In this document: one piece after another, positions 1 to 11,742 of the stretch
Layout of the letters: each line of letters opens with the position of its first letter
Position numbering within the stretch: position 1 is the stretch's first letter
Source of the DNA: Octopus sinensis
Taxonomy: Eukaryota
NCBI RefSeq assembly: GCF_006345805.1
Contig: NW_021832484.1
Location: 1 to 30,093, forward strand
Direction: 5' to 3'
DNA length: 30,093 nt
Translations under genes and position numbers: made by a program
Notes under the pieces: generated by a model
What the model was told of the DNA's origin: nothing
What the model saw: only the letters and a program-made list of their open reading frames with translations
Database searches by the model: none

Positions 1-600
1 TGTTGGTATGTCGATTGATAAATGTTGTTTGATCGATCTATCGATATGTCGTATGAGCAATTGATTTACGGCTTGATCAATTGATACGTTGTATGTATAA
101 GTCGCACGATCGATGCATTCTTAGTTTTATCGACCTAAATATTGATTAATCAGTTGGACCAATTGATCGAATATCGATTGACTGAGCATTCAGTTGACTG
201 AACGATTGATTATTGGATTAATCGATTGTTTGATTGATTGATTGATTAATAAGTTGATTGATATTCCTATTGATTGATAATTTTGTTTGATTATTCGCTT
301 GATTATTGGAGTTTATCAACTGACTAATTGTTTTAATTATTTGGTTATTTTATCGATTTAATAACTGATTGGTTTTTTCCAATCAATTTATTGGTTTACT
401 AATCGATAAAATGATTGATTGCCGCTAGAATTGTTTGACAAATAAATGATTGATTGCTTGATAGAATTATTAAGGAGTTTAATAATAGATCTATACATCG
501 ATTGTTCGAACCCTTCATATTTTTTCTGTTCGGTTACCTTGTATCGATCTGTGATCGATCATTTGTTTGGATAATTTACATATTCATCGATAAGTGATTG
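1..600. repeat. Degenerate (ATTG/ATCG)n low-complexity tract
   Basis: Recurrent gattgatt and atcgat units throughout. Confidence 0.7.
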
Positions 601-614
601 ACTGAATGACAGAA

Positions 615-655
<41 letters not shown>

Positions 656-1102
656 GTACACATACATATATGTACATACGAATACATATATGCACATACA
701 CGTATGTATACATACGTACATACATACACACACACACATACGCGCGCGCGCGCACATACACACACACACACACACAAACACACACATATATATATATATA
801 TACATAAATATATATGTGCATACATATATCGATCGATATATCATGACCTTTACTGAATTTCTCAATTGGTTTATTGATTACACCGACCGATTGAATGAGT
901 GAAAGATAAATTTATCGATATATTGACATATCGATCTATATACTATTTGTCTCTATTGAGTAATCGATTTCTTATACAGATGAATTGATTATCACGAGTT
1001 GTTGAGTGATTGAATAGGAACATACTCATTCCTTCAATATATCGATCTGCAAATGTTTTGCCGCTATTAATTTAGTCACTTAGTAATTGATCGATTTATC
1101 GA

Positions 1103-1137
<35 letters not shown>

Positions 1138-1207
1138 ACACAACATATACATCATGTTATTCGCTATATATCTATTCATAAATTGAAGATCTATTCAATA
1201 TCTTTGT

Positions 1208-1583
1208 GTTTTACTTGTTTCAGTCATTTGACTGCGGCCATGCTGGAGCACCGCCTTTAATCGAGCAACTCGACCCCGGGACTTATTCTTTGTAAGCCCA
1301 GCATTTATTCTATCGGTCTCTTTTGCCGAACCTCTAAGTGACGGGGACATAAACACAACAGCATCGGTTGTCATGCAATGCTAGGGGGACAAACACAGAC
1401 ACACAAACATCCTTGCACACATATATATACATATATACGACGGGCTTCTTTCAGTTTCCCTCTATCAAATCCACTCACAAGGCGTTAGTCGGCCGAGCTA
1501 TAGTAGAAGACACTTGCCCAAGGTGCCACGCAGTGGGACTGAACCCGGAACCATGTGGTTGGTAAACAAACTACTTACCACAC
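1208..1583 (-). mobile_element. tRNA-head SINE, family A
   Basis: Reverse complement of the element at 14328 and 25309: head with B-box-like GGTTCAGTCCC, ccttgggcaagtgtc core, internal (TA/TG)n, 3' ...actgaaacaagtaaaa. Confidence 0.9.
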
Positions 1584-1805
1584 CGGTAAATCCTTTGTTA
1601 CGAGACGTTGTTTGGAGTTTGTTTACATTTATTTACAATTGTGAAAATTGTAAACAAATGTTTACAATACTTCCGCGAACAGAAAAGATGCATCTACATA
1701 ACCGGTTTCAAATCTACTTTGAGTTTCATCAGAGATAGATGCCGTTTTTCGGATGAAAATATAACTATATGAATATTGTTATTAATTCTTATACAAGAAT
1801 GATTG

Positions 1806-2227
1806 TGGACTTTTTCGGTTTGAAGGGCAGTTTTTTTCTAGCGGTGTCATGTGAAATTGTCACCCATAATTATAACCCTAGCATCGATCTATTGCATTTC
1901 AATCTGTTTTAGGATTAGGGTTAGGTTCGGGGGGGGAGGGTATCTTTTTTTCTTCAGAAATGTAAATAAACACAATCTGTTTCTTAAACGAGGGACATCT
2001 TCATACGGCACAGAATGTTTTTTACCTCATTAGACGCCATTGATTGGTTGAAATTGCAGAAATTGAAGAAAAACAACAACAAATATCTTACAAACTATAG
2101 AATTTTCTCAATAAAGCCAAGAGAAAAAGATGTTTTATAAACACATTCTATCAGTATACGAAGTTTAAAAGTGTTTAGTTATGAGGAAATTATTTTTAAA
2201 AACTGCCGGTCAAACCGAAAAGATCCC
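1806..2227. mobile_element. MITE / non-autonomous DNA transposon with ~29-bp TIRs
   Basis: ggactttttcggtttgaagggcagttttt (1807-1835) is an imperfect inverted match to aaaaactgccggtcaaaccgaaaagatccc (2198-2227). Its right half recurs inverted at 24156-24772. Confidence 0.8.
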
Positions 2228-2546
2228 GATGGCTTAACTAACCGAGACTTCGATGTCACTGTCAACAATATTTTTGTATAAGAATAATTTGACCAAAACA
2301 AATTTATAGAGTACCTGATCAGATTAATATAAAATTCTTTTTATTATAAGTGAACATAAAAAGAAGCGTGTGTCTGTGTGTGTCCGTGTGTGTGTATGGG
2401 AACAGATTGATGACTTGTTTCTCTGGGCTTGGTCAAATTGTTACAGACACCTCTGATGAGGGTCTAATAAGATATGAAAATCGATTAAGTTTGTTCATCA
2501 TTTTTCAGACTAAAGAGAAACAGCTTAAATATTCCTATTTATACTA

Positions 2547-2578
<32 letters not shown>

Positions 2579-2976
2579 ACTAAAATGATTTTCGTCAGAC
2601 GATTTCTATAAATATTAATTTATGAGAAATTAAATCGAACTCATCTAATAAATTCATAATTCAGTAGTGATAATCTCTCTCTCATACCTTTCTTTCCATG
2701 GACGGAAAAAAATCTATCTATCACTATCTTACTGGTTTCAACTCTAGTTAGATCCTCATCATGTTGAATATATCATTTAATCTGCACACACAGAGAAAAT
2801 ATAGATAATAGCTAAATTTATGCAGATATATGTAGTAATTAACGTTGATAGATTTACGTAATTAAAGCTATTTATATGTATTTATATGTATTTATATTCT
2901 ATTTTCTTCTTTTTCTCTTTTTCTTCTCTTCGGTCCTGCGTTTCTCATCACTGATTTGCCTCTACTGATGATGCAG

Positions 2977-3323
2977 GGCATAGCGGAGTTAACCAGCTGG
3001 GTGGAGTTTTTGTAAATGGACGGCCGCTACCCGACAGCACACGCCAAAGAATCGTAGAATTGGCACACAGCGGTGCCCGACCGTGTGACATCTCCAGAAT
3101 TCTTCAAGTCTCCAATGGTTGTGTGAGCAAAATACTAGGGCGATATTATGAGACAGGGTCCATAAGACCGCGCGCGATCGGAGGGAGCAAGCCACGGGTG
3201 GCTACCCCCGAGGTGGTACAAAAAATTGCACAGTTCAAACGGGAATGTCCGTCGATATTTGCCTGGGAGATCAGAGACCGGCTACTTTCTGAAGGAGTAT
3301 GTACCCAGGACAATATACCCAGC
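2977..3323 (+). CDS. Pax6: Pax6 coding exon, paired domain residues ~1-116 (internal exon, phase 1 to phase 0)
   Basis: Polypyrimidine tract ~2898-2962, acceptor tgcag at 2972-2976, donor AGC|gtaagt at 3324. Translates (G)[115 protein letters not shown], with the Pax6-diagnostic I42/Q44/N47 in ILQVSN. Confidence 0.98.
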
Positions 3324-3350
3324 GTAAGTCAGATTTATTTATATATCCTT

Positions 3351-3686
3351 TTATCCTTTTACTCTTTTACTTGTTTCAATAACTTGATTGCGGCCACGCT
3401 GGAGCATCCGCTTGAAGGGTTTTAGTTGAACAAATCGACTTGAAGACTTACTTTTTTACTCTCTTTTACTTGTTTCAGTCATTTGACTGTGGCCATGCTG
3501 GAGCACCGCCTTGAGCCGATCAAGCAAATCACCCCCCAGGACTTATTCTTTGTAAGCCTAGTACTTATTCTATCGGTCTTTTTTGCCGAACCGCTAAGTT
3601 ACGGGGACGTAAACACACCAACATCTGTTGTCAAGCGATGTTGGGGGGACAAACACAGACACACACACACACACACACATACACTC

Positions 3687-3718
<32 letters not shown>

Positions 3719-3882
3719 CGATGGGCTTCTTTCGGTTTCTGTCTATCAAATCCACTCACAAAGCTTTGGTAGGCCTGAGGCTACTGTAAAAGAGGCTTGA
3801 CCAAGGTTCCATGCAGTGGGACTGAACCTGGAACCATGTCGTTTGGAAGCAAGCTTCTTACACACACAGCCACGCCTGCGCC
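3351..3882 (-). mobile_element. SINE family A, full copy (~3455-3882) plus extra 3' fragment (~3351-3450)
   Basis: Same sequence family as the other copies; head ends cacagccacgcctgcgcc. Begins ~30 bp after the Pax6 donor. Confidence 0.9.
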
Positions 3883-3971
3883 CAAGTTGTATTTCTGTTT
3901 TTGCCTCGCACTAGACCCAATAATTTTAGATCAGATATGCATGTATGTATGTATGTAGTATGCCATGTATG

Positions 3972-4021
<50 letters not shown>

Positions 4022-4023
4022 TA

Positions 4024-4250
4024 CTTTATTTAAGCAGCAGAAAATTCAACAAAATCTGTACTCTGAGTTTCTCGTTGCCGTTCATCTGACAGTTTTTGCT
4101 AGAAAAAACAGTCTGATGAACGGCAACGAGAAACTCAGAGTAACAGATTTTGTTGAATTTTCTGCTGCTTTAAATAAAGCATATTACTCTACCACTGGTA
4201 TTTGAGTACTCTTTTTTCCAACTTGTTTCACATTTATGTGTTTACTCCGG
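4024..4250. mobile_element. Penelope-like-element (PLE)-type terminal repeat, inverted pair, in (TA)n
   Basis: Palindrome 4024-4179 with ~70-bp arms plus a single-copy extension to 4250. A second copy lies at 25163-25307. Carries a hammerhead motif. Confidence 0.7.
4109..4146 (+). ncRNA. Minimal type-I hammerhead ribozyme motif, stem I weakened
   Basis: cagt CTGATGA a-cg-gcaa-cg-a GAAA CTC-a-GAG TA^ acag. Confidence 0.6.
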
Positions 4251-4257
4251 TATATAT

Positions 4258-4290
<33 letters not shown>

Positions 4291-4292
4291 TA

Positions 4293-4494
4293 GAGTAGAT
4301 TCGTTTTAGGTATAAGAAATACCAGAAACGAGTATTAAAAAAAAATGGAGGAAAATGTTGAAACAGAAATAGATTTATTATAAAACCTGATTCAATGGAG
4401 TTTTATAATAAATCTATTTCGGTTTCAATATCTTCTCTCCATTTTATTTTTTACCTGTTTATGGTATATTCTTATACCTATAACGAATCTCCTC
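4293..4494. repeat. Long imperfect palindrome next to (TA)n
   Basis: gagtagattcgttttaggtataagaa ... ttcttatacctataacgaatctcctc; inner arms gaaatagatttattataaaac / gttttataataaatctatttc. Confidence 0.8.
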
Positions 4495-4659
4495 AACTAT
4501 TCTTTTCATATTCTTATTACCTGGTTTGACTGATTTTTCCTGATTATGATGAATCTTTATTAGAAATCCTCTTTTCTCCCTTTTTTTCGATGCCCCAAAA
4601 GTTTGAATTGTTCTTTTTGAACTCACCTTTTCTCATACATACATACATACATACACACA

Positions 4660-4695
<36 letters not shown>

Positions 4696-4699
4696 TATA

Positions 4700-4890
4700 T
4701 AACGGGAGCTTTATGAAAATAAACAAAAGACGAAGGCAGGTGGAAAACAAACGAACAATTGTATTAGTATGGCGCTCAGGAAATATAAATAAAACAGTCT
4801 TTAACGTTTCGAGCCTACGCTCTTCAACAGAAAGATACACAGAGAGAGAAAACACAGAAAGAAGGAGAGGAGAGAAAAAAATGCGTGCAG
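4700..4890 (-). mobile_element. Short microsatellite-embedded element (family H) with hammerhead-like motif at 4798-4835
   Basis: Minus strand reads tcttt CTGTTGA a gagc-gtag-gctc GAAAC GTT aaaga ... ttcctgagcg. Related copies at 6930, 11310 and 18541. Confidence 0.7.
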
Positions 4891-4959
4891 TAGCTAACGA
4901 ATCAACATTATATATATTATATATATATATATATAATAATTATATTATATACATATAAC

Positions 4960-4993
<34 letters not shown>

Positions 4994-5015
4994 ATCTATA
5001 TATATATATATATAT

Positions 5016-5047
<32 letters not shown>

Positions 5048-5048
5048 C

Positions 5049-5112
<64 letters not shown>

Positions 5113-5120
5113 TATTTATT

Positions 5121-5312
5121 ATATAGAAGGAGCTTCTACAGGACTAGAACTGTTTCATTCAAGAGAAATCATCAGGAAGAGCTTCCTGAGATTTCTCTTG
5201 AATGAAAGAGTTCTAGTCCTGTAGAAGCTCCTTCTATATAATAAATTAATTTTACTCTGCTATGTATTGAGTACCTTATTTACTGTGGTTAAACCCGAAT
5301 CAACCCGGGACC

Positions 5313-5315
<3 letters not shown>
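5121..5315. mobile_element. PLE-type inverted terminal repeat in (TA)n
   Basis: Palindrome 5121-5240 plus unique tail to ~5315; flanked by (TA)n on both sides. Confidence 0.65.
5130..5183 (-). ncRNA. Type-I hammerhead ribozyme motif
   Basis: Minus strand: cttc CTGATGA t-ttc-tctt-gaa-t GAAA CAG-ttctagtc-CTG TA^ gaag. Stems I, II and III can all form; U.U at 10.1/11.1. Confidence 0.65.
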
Positions 5316-5355
<40 letters not shown>

Positions 5356-5356
5356 A

Positions 5357-5700
5357 GGCGCATGGCTCAGTGGTTAGAACGTCGAGCTTACGATCGTGAG
5401 GTTGTGAGCTCGAATCCCGGACCGGGCTGCGTGTTGTGTTCTTGAGCAAGGCACTTTATTTCACGTTGCTCCAGTTCACTCAGCTGTAGAAATGAGTTGC
5501 GACGTCACAGGTGCCAAGCTGTATCGGCCCCTTTGCCTTTCCCTTGGATGACATCAGAGGCGTGGAGAGGGGAGACCGGTATGCATGGGCGACTGCTGGT
5601 CTTCCATAAAACAACCTTGCCCAGACTTGTGCCTCAGAGGGTAACTCTCTAGGTGCAAACCCATGGTCAGTGTTTGACCGAAGGGGGTAAAAAAAAAAAA
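5357..5700 (+). mobile_element. tRNA-head SINE, family B
   Basis: A box TGGCTCAGTGG 5363-5373, B-box-like GAGCTCGAATCCC 5406-5418, core ttcttgagcaaggcact...cactcagctgtagaaatgagt resembling conserved SINE central domains, A-rich end. Confidence 0.85.
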
Positions 5701-5867
5701 TATATATATATATATATATTACTGAAAGGAATTCCAACTCTATTTTTTATGTTTTATTTATATTCTTTATAATATTAATGTATAGTATAAATTAGTATAT
5801 ATAGTATAATGAAATGAAGTATTGATTGTCTTATTGATTAGATGAAATATTGAATATCAAATATTAA

Positions 5868-6160
5868 GGAACATTCTACGTGCAGGCCCCTGGCCATTCA
5901 TAGAAGAAGGGTGTCTTTACCATTTACCCTATGTAGATGCGATTGCTGGTCTTCCATAAACAACCTTGTTTGGGCTTGTGGTTTGGCGGGCAACGTTCTA
6001 CGTGCGAGCCCCTGGCCATTCATAGAAGAAGGGTGTCTTTACCATTTACCCTATGTAGATGCGATTGCTGGTCTTCCATAAACAACCTTGTTTGGGCTTG
6101 TGGTTCAGAGGGGAACATTCTACATGCAATCGCATGGTTTTCCTAACCTAAGTGGGTCCT
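5868..6160 (+). repeat. ~2.3 tandem copies of a 122-bp unit related to the SINE B 3' end
   Basis: cccctggccattc at 5887 and 6009; shares tgctggtcttccataaa(a)caaccttg with the SINE B region near 5595-5620. Confidence 0.85.
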
Positions 6161-6573
6161 TATCCTTTAAGCTTTTGCCAAAATTAATTGAAACAGTTAC
6201 AATAAATTGAAAAAGTTTAGCTGTTAAATATTTAGCAATTATAAATAAACAGAATGTCAATAACCTTTATGGAAGAAGTCTGTATATAATATGTACTTTA
6301 TATCTATTGTATTTTGTGTGTAAACAAGCGTTGAGGGCCAATGTGTGTAACGCTTGTGTTTTTCAAAAGTTGAAAGCAGAAAGCGCTTACTCACAAAATA
6401 CATTCAAAATATAATGAAACGTCTTTCGCAAAGGTTAGTGACATTGAGAAATAAAAGCTTTTTTTGAATACCTATTTGCTTTTTGTAAAAAAATATTTCT
6501 CTAATTATATATGCATATATGTATGTATGTGTATATATGTATAATATGTTTGTGTATGTATGCATATATATAC

Positions 6574-6621
<48 letters not shown>

Positions 6622-6754
6622 GTATATGTAGTATATATATATATATATACGTATATGTAAAGTATATTATATTATATATATACGTATATGTATGTATATA
6701 TATATATATGTATGTATGTGTATATGTATATATACATATGTGTGTATGTATGTA

Positions 6755-6789
<35 letters not shown>

Positions 6790-6929
6790 GAATATATATA
6801 CGTATATGTATGTATATATATATGTATATAGATATGTATATATATGTATATATATATATATACGTAAGTATATATGTATACATATATATGTATATACATA
6901 TATATATATATATATTATATATATAGTTA

Positions 6930-7120
6930 ATCCAAACAAGAAAGCACAAAAAAAAACACAACAACGCGAGGACGTGGAACAAATATAGTATTATTGGACG
7001 CTCAGGAATGAAGGAGGTTTAACGTTTCGAGCGGAGCTTCGTCGGAAACATAGAGAAGGAAAGATCCAGAGAGGGAAGACAGAGGAAAAAAAATCGCAAA
7101 CGGTACACACGAGGTCACAT
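6930..7120 (-). mobile_element. Family H element with degenerate hammerhead-like motif (7017-7049)
   Basis: Minus strand: gttt CCGACGA agctccgctc GAAAC GTT aaac ... ttcctgagcg. Confidence 0.65.
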
Positions 7121-7499
7121 TGCACACATACACACATATACATGTATATATTATATTATGACTGTCTCACTTTGTCGGATTCTAGTCGTCTCACGCTCAC
7201 TCTGACTGTTCTCATTTACTCCCATCTTTGCCTCTACCTGGACACCCATGGCCATATTATTTCATAAAATACAAAGCAAATCAACAAATGAAATGTTACT
7301 GAGTTATCTGCCCATCATTGGATTTAACTGACAAAAGCTTGTACAATACTTTTGTCACTTTCTCTCTCTCTCTTTCTCGGCTGCCATATTAGGTGTTGCA
7401 AGATGGCTGAGCTATTTTTACTGCAAGTTTTCTGTATGAGTTTCGTTCTACAAGGAAACCTACCTTCGTTTTGTCAAGAAGCAAGCGGAATTTATTTTG

Positions 7500-7704
7500 T
7501 CTCTGGTTTTGGGCGAAAGAAAATAGCGGAGGATCAATTAATTATGATTTTATTCAACATATTCCCCTCTCAAATTCACACACTTATTGTAGCGGTCCTT
7601 CATGTTTTCTGGGCCTTGTAAACAAAATCTCGGACGGTTGGGCCTCCAACCAGATCATTCGGGATATCTTTAAAGCCGGGAACTTTCCAGTACAGCCTCC
7701 TATA
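7500..7704 (-). mobile_element. Mariner-derived non-autonomous remnant
   Basis: 7597-7550 on the minus strand translates DRYNKCVNLRGEYVE*, typical of a mariner transposase C-terminus. A degenerate TIR-like aaagccgggaactttccagtacagcctcc ends in TA. Confidence 0.7.
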
Positions 7705-7772
7705 AACAAACACACACACACACACACATATGCCTTTCTTTCTAATTTGTATTACTCTTTCTTTCTCTGTAG

Positions 7773-7989
7773 GTATCCTCAATAAATCGAGTTTTACGTA
7801 ATCTTGCGAGCGAAAACCAAAAGGTGATTGGTCAAGGGACTATGTACGACAAATTGGGCTTATTGAACGGTCAGGCATGGCCCAGGCCTAATCCGTGGTA
7901 CGCCCCCAACGCGTCTATGGCTGGGCTTAGTGCACCTACAAGTTACGCAGCGCAGCCGAACCCGACTGCAAGCGTGGCGAGTAAAAAGG
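7773..7989 (+). CDS. Pax6: Pax6 coding exon, end of paired domain plus linker (phase 0 to phase 1)
   Basis: Branch-like ctaat 7742-7746, pyrimidine tract, ag 7771-7772, donor G|gtgagt at 7990. In frame with the previous exon: [72 protein letters not shown]. Contains the conserved Pax6 linker motif MYDKLxLLNGQ. Missed by the ORF track. Confidence 0.96.
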
Positions 7990-8074
7990 GTGAGTATTTG
8001 TAAAAAAGGATAAAAAAATGAAAGAAAAAATAATGAAATGTATATATATATATAAATGTAATCAAAAATTGTTG

Positions 8075-8560
8075 CTAAAAATGGGGGAAAGTTGTACGAA
8101 AAGTTAACGGGAGAAATTTATTTTTATCAGTGGGGGAAGAAATGAAAAATGTTATTAGGAAGTTTTGTTAAAAAATGGGGTAAATTTTAGGGAAAGAGAA
8201 CGATTGAAATTTATTTTTTATTTTCGGTGGAGGAATGAAAAAAATAATAAAAAATAGAATGAATGAATATATGTAAGCAAAAATTGGTTTTGTTTAAAAA
8301 TTGGGGTAAAATTGTACGAAAAGTGAACGGGGAAAATTTATTTTTATCAGTAGGGGAAGAAATGATAAATGTAAAGTAGGAAGTTTGTTTAAAAACTGGG
8401 GTAAATTTTAGGGAAAGATAACGAAGGAAATTTATTTTTCGTTTTCGGTGGAGGAATGAAAAAAAAGAAAATTAAGAATGAATGAATATATGTAAGCAAA
8501 AAATGTTTTGTTTAAAAAGTGGGGCAAAATTGTAAGCGAACGAGGGAAATATATATTTGA
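8075..8560 (+). repeat. A/G-rich tandem duplication, period ~220 bp
   Basis: ttgtacgaa at 8092/8312, tttttatcag at 8121/8341, ttttcggtggaggaatgaa at 8221/8442. Confidence 0.85.
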
Positions 8561-9651
8561 AAATGTTGAGTAGAAAGGAAAAATGCAAGCAAATCTTTTG
8601 CTACAAAATAGAAATTATAGGAAAAGGGAACGAAGGGAATTTATTTTTAAAAATGAGGGAAGACAGGAGCAGTGTATGTGGGAGTTGTTTCTGACAATAC
8701 GAGGAAAATGAAGAAAAGTTGGTTTTGAAAATGGGGGTGAGGAAAGAATGATGGAAAAGGATTAAACCAAGGCAAAATTGTTTGTAAAACATGGGGGGAA
8801 ATGATGGAAAATTTTACGGGGGAAAACGTGTTTCTGAAAAAATGGGGAAAATGAAGGAAATGAGTTGAAACCGGTATGGGAACATATTTAGAGAAAACAA
8901 TGCAAATTAACATAAATGTCGGCCAATTTGTTTGTAATTATTTACATTTGGATTAATTATTATTTTTTGTTTGTTTAACATTTATTTTGTCATTCTTATT
9001 GTTATCTATATGTTTTTGTTATTTTATTGTTGCTGTATTTTATGTTTTGTTTCTGTTGACGATGAATTTATGTTGATTCTATACATATAAATATACACCA
9101 TATATAATGCTCATGCCTTTATCAAACATGTATATATATACATTACCCATATATAAACAAAACATATAGATAAAAGATTATATATAAATACAATACATAC
9201 ATACGTATAGAATTGAAAAACCAAGAAGATAGTGGCCATCTATGCACACCCAAAACTTTTTATTAAAAGGTTCTCTACACCATGTATAACAATGATAATG
9301 ATGCAGCAACTGCACACTGCTCTGCATGTATGCAATGATGTATCTTAGTCGCTGCAATTTCACAAACGGAACCTCATTTGGGACGCTTTGAAAGTGAAGT
9401 AATTCTACAAGTTTCGTGCGTTGGTTTTTAGCGGAAGGTGATAGCGTTACTTTTTAAATTAAATTAAAATTCCGGTCTTATAATCACCTCTACTGGTAGT
9501 ATATATATATATATATATATATCAACAATCAAGGAACGGCCATAATAGGCCATTCACCCACTAGAAATAACAGCCAAAGCTTCAACCGCAAATAAAAGTC
9601 AATTCCGTAAACAGGAGAAAATTTATATATATATTATATGTATATATATAT

Positions 9652-9697
<46 letters not shown>

Positions 9698-9710
9698 TAT
9701 ATATATATAA

Positions 9711-9751
<41 letters not shown>

Positions 9752-9758
9752 GTATATA

Positions 9759-10114
9759 GGCGCAGGAATGGCTGTGGGGTGAGAAACTCGCTTCCCAACT
9801 TCAAGGTTCCGGGTTCAGTTCCACTGTGTGGCACCTTGGGCAAGTGTCTTCTACTATAGCCTCGGGCCGACCAAAACCTTGAGAGTGAATTTGGTAGGCG
9901 GAAACTGAAAGAAGCTCGTCGTGTATATATATATATATATATGGTGTGTGTGTGTGTGTGTTTGTGTGTTTGTGTGTCTATGTTTGTCCCCACCCAGCCA
10001 CCCCACATTGCTTCACAACCGTTGCTAGTGTGCCCAAGGTGCCACGCAGTGGGAATTAACACGGAACCATGTGGTTAGTAAGCAAGCTACTTACCACACA
10101 TCCACACCTATGCC
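9759..10114. mobile_element. SINE A (+, 9759-10032) fused to an inverted SINE A head (-, 10033-10114)
   Basis: ggcgcaggaatggctgtg head, then reverse-complement head cccaaggtgccacgcagtggg...cacacctatgcc. Confidence 0.85.
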
Positions 10115-10340
10115 TATATACCTATATATTCTAATTAGTAAAGAAATATATATATCTGTATATTCTAATTAGTGCAACTGCTCTACGTTTATCGATTCCT
10201 ATCTGCGTAGATGTATGTGTGTGTGAACTTGTTTTAATTCCCAATAACAAAAATACATATTACTAACAATGTTGACAGCAACGCCAGCAAGAACAATAAT
10301 GGGTTCACGATTCTGATTGATCGACGCAATAATAATAATG

Positions 10341-10372
<32 letters not shown>

Positions 10373-10419
10373 CAAACATAATTTTCGGTTTAAAAAACAA
10401 ACAAACATAATTTTCGGTT

Positions 10420-11075
10420 TAAAAAAAAAACCCACTTTTTAGACATTCATTAGTACAACACCGCACCCCCCAAATATATGGCACACTAAGCATAACAACA
10501 ACATGAACTTCCAACCCTGTTGTCACTTGAGGTCTCTGGGTGAGACTTGGAGCCAACTTGTACAAATATAAAGTCAAACATAGAATAATAATAATAATAA
10601 TAGCAGCAAATATTCTGCTCAATACCACAGATTTGCTTGTCAGTTGTTTGACCTTAACCAGTTGAGCATGTCCCTTAGTGGCTGACGATACGTGCATCTC
10701 TGATCACGAGCAGAGTAGTGGGGGAGCATCATAGCCATGTGTTGAGAAGGATTCTTTGGGGTTTGAATATTCACCTCTGGAAACATGGTGTTTCGTTCAA
10801 CGTCCTTAAAACAACCCTTATTCAGGGACCTTTTGAGGGGATGGGTTACTCGATCTGAAGAAAATTCTAACTGGGCTCCACCTGCGAGGTCATGTGCTGT
10901 TTATCTTGATATGAGATCACCATGTCGCGCACATATGGTTGTGATGCATGTGCCTGGTGTACCCTTATCAGACGGGTAGTCATGATGGGTATACTGGGCT
11001 TCGTATATTTTACCCCAGTGTCACTTTGATGGCATGCTCTGCTCGCTCACTCAATAATAATAGTAATAATATTAA
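10420..11075 (+). mobile_element. Two probable 3' ends of non-LTR retroelements, each ending in (TAA)n
   Basis: Segments ~10420-10583 and ~10602-11052 are each followed by (AAT)n, with another (AAT)n upstream at ~10328-10367. R4/Dong-like targeting is inferred. Confidence 0.45.
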
Positions 11076-11084
11076 TAATTCTTT

Positions 11085-11218
11085 TTAGTAAAGGGACAAG
11101 GTCTGAAATTTGGTGGAAAGGGACTGACTAGTCGATTACATCGGCCCCTCCCTCCCCCGAATATTTCACTTGCTCTTAATTTATCGATATCTAATTGACG
11201 AAAGGCAAAGTCGACCTG
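11085..11218 (-). mobile_element. Fragment of dispersed repeat family C
   Basis: aaggcaaagtcgacct, tttatcgat and agtcgattacatcggcccc match 24774-24875 in reverse. Confidence 0.6.
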
Positions 11219-11309
11219 TATATATATATACACACAAATATATATACATACGTATACATATATGCACATATACATACACACGTACCATGATTGACCGCTA
11301 ACTCTAAAA

Positions 11310-11475
11310 GAGCTTTCTTTATTCTCGCTCTGTTTATTTCTGTGTTCATTTCTGATGAAGAGCGTAGGCTCGAAACCTAAATGACTTTCTCACCTTCCCG
11401 AGAGACAAACTAATATACCTGCTTCATGTTTATACACCTGTCTTCGTCTTTTGTTTTTCTGTAAATTTCAACCAC
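11310..11475 (+). mobile_element. Family H element with hammerhead-like motif (11346-11384)
   Basis: tcattt CTGATGA a gagc-gtag-gctc GAAAC CT aaatga; stem III disrupted. Confidence 0.7.
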
Positions 11476-11507
11476 ACACTCACACACACACACACAACAC
11501 ACACACA

Positions 11508-11557
<50 letters not shown>

Positions 11558-11706
11558 GTTTTTAGTTAATGTTTATGCCGGCTGGTTTGTATTCCAGCCA
11601 GCGTCCGTTTAAATGCTTCATAGAAACTCTCCTTGTTCATGTTAATTGAAATGTAAGTGTACGCGTATACATATATACATACATGCATACACACACACAC
11701 ACAGAC

Positions 11707-11742
<36 letters not shown>

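Noticed and set aside
1874-1925. Telomeric repeat
   Set aside because: Only one or two TTAGGG-like units, inside a MITE.
2968-2976. ATGATG just before the paired exon as start codon
   Set aside because: Out of frame with the paired domain and part of the acceptor region.
3060-3425. ORF-track 121-aa protein as a complete gene
   Set aside because: It starts at an internal TTG (Leu) and reads through the donor at 3324; the real exon is 2977-3323.
5357-5430. tRNA gene
   Set aside because: Has A/B boxes but no proper acceptor stem, and continues into a SINE body.
6370-6430. Hammerhead halves GAAAGCGCTT and GAAACGTC (similar GAAACTTGTA on the minus strand near 9405)
   Set aside because: No upstream CUGANGA or stem II.
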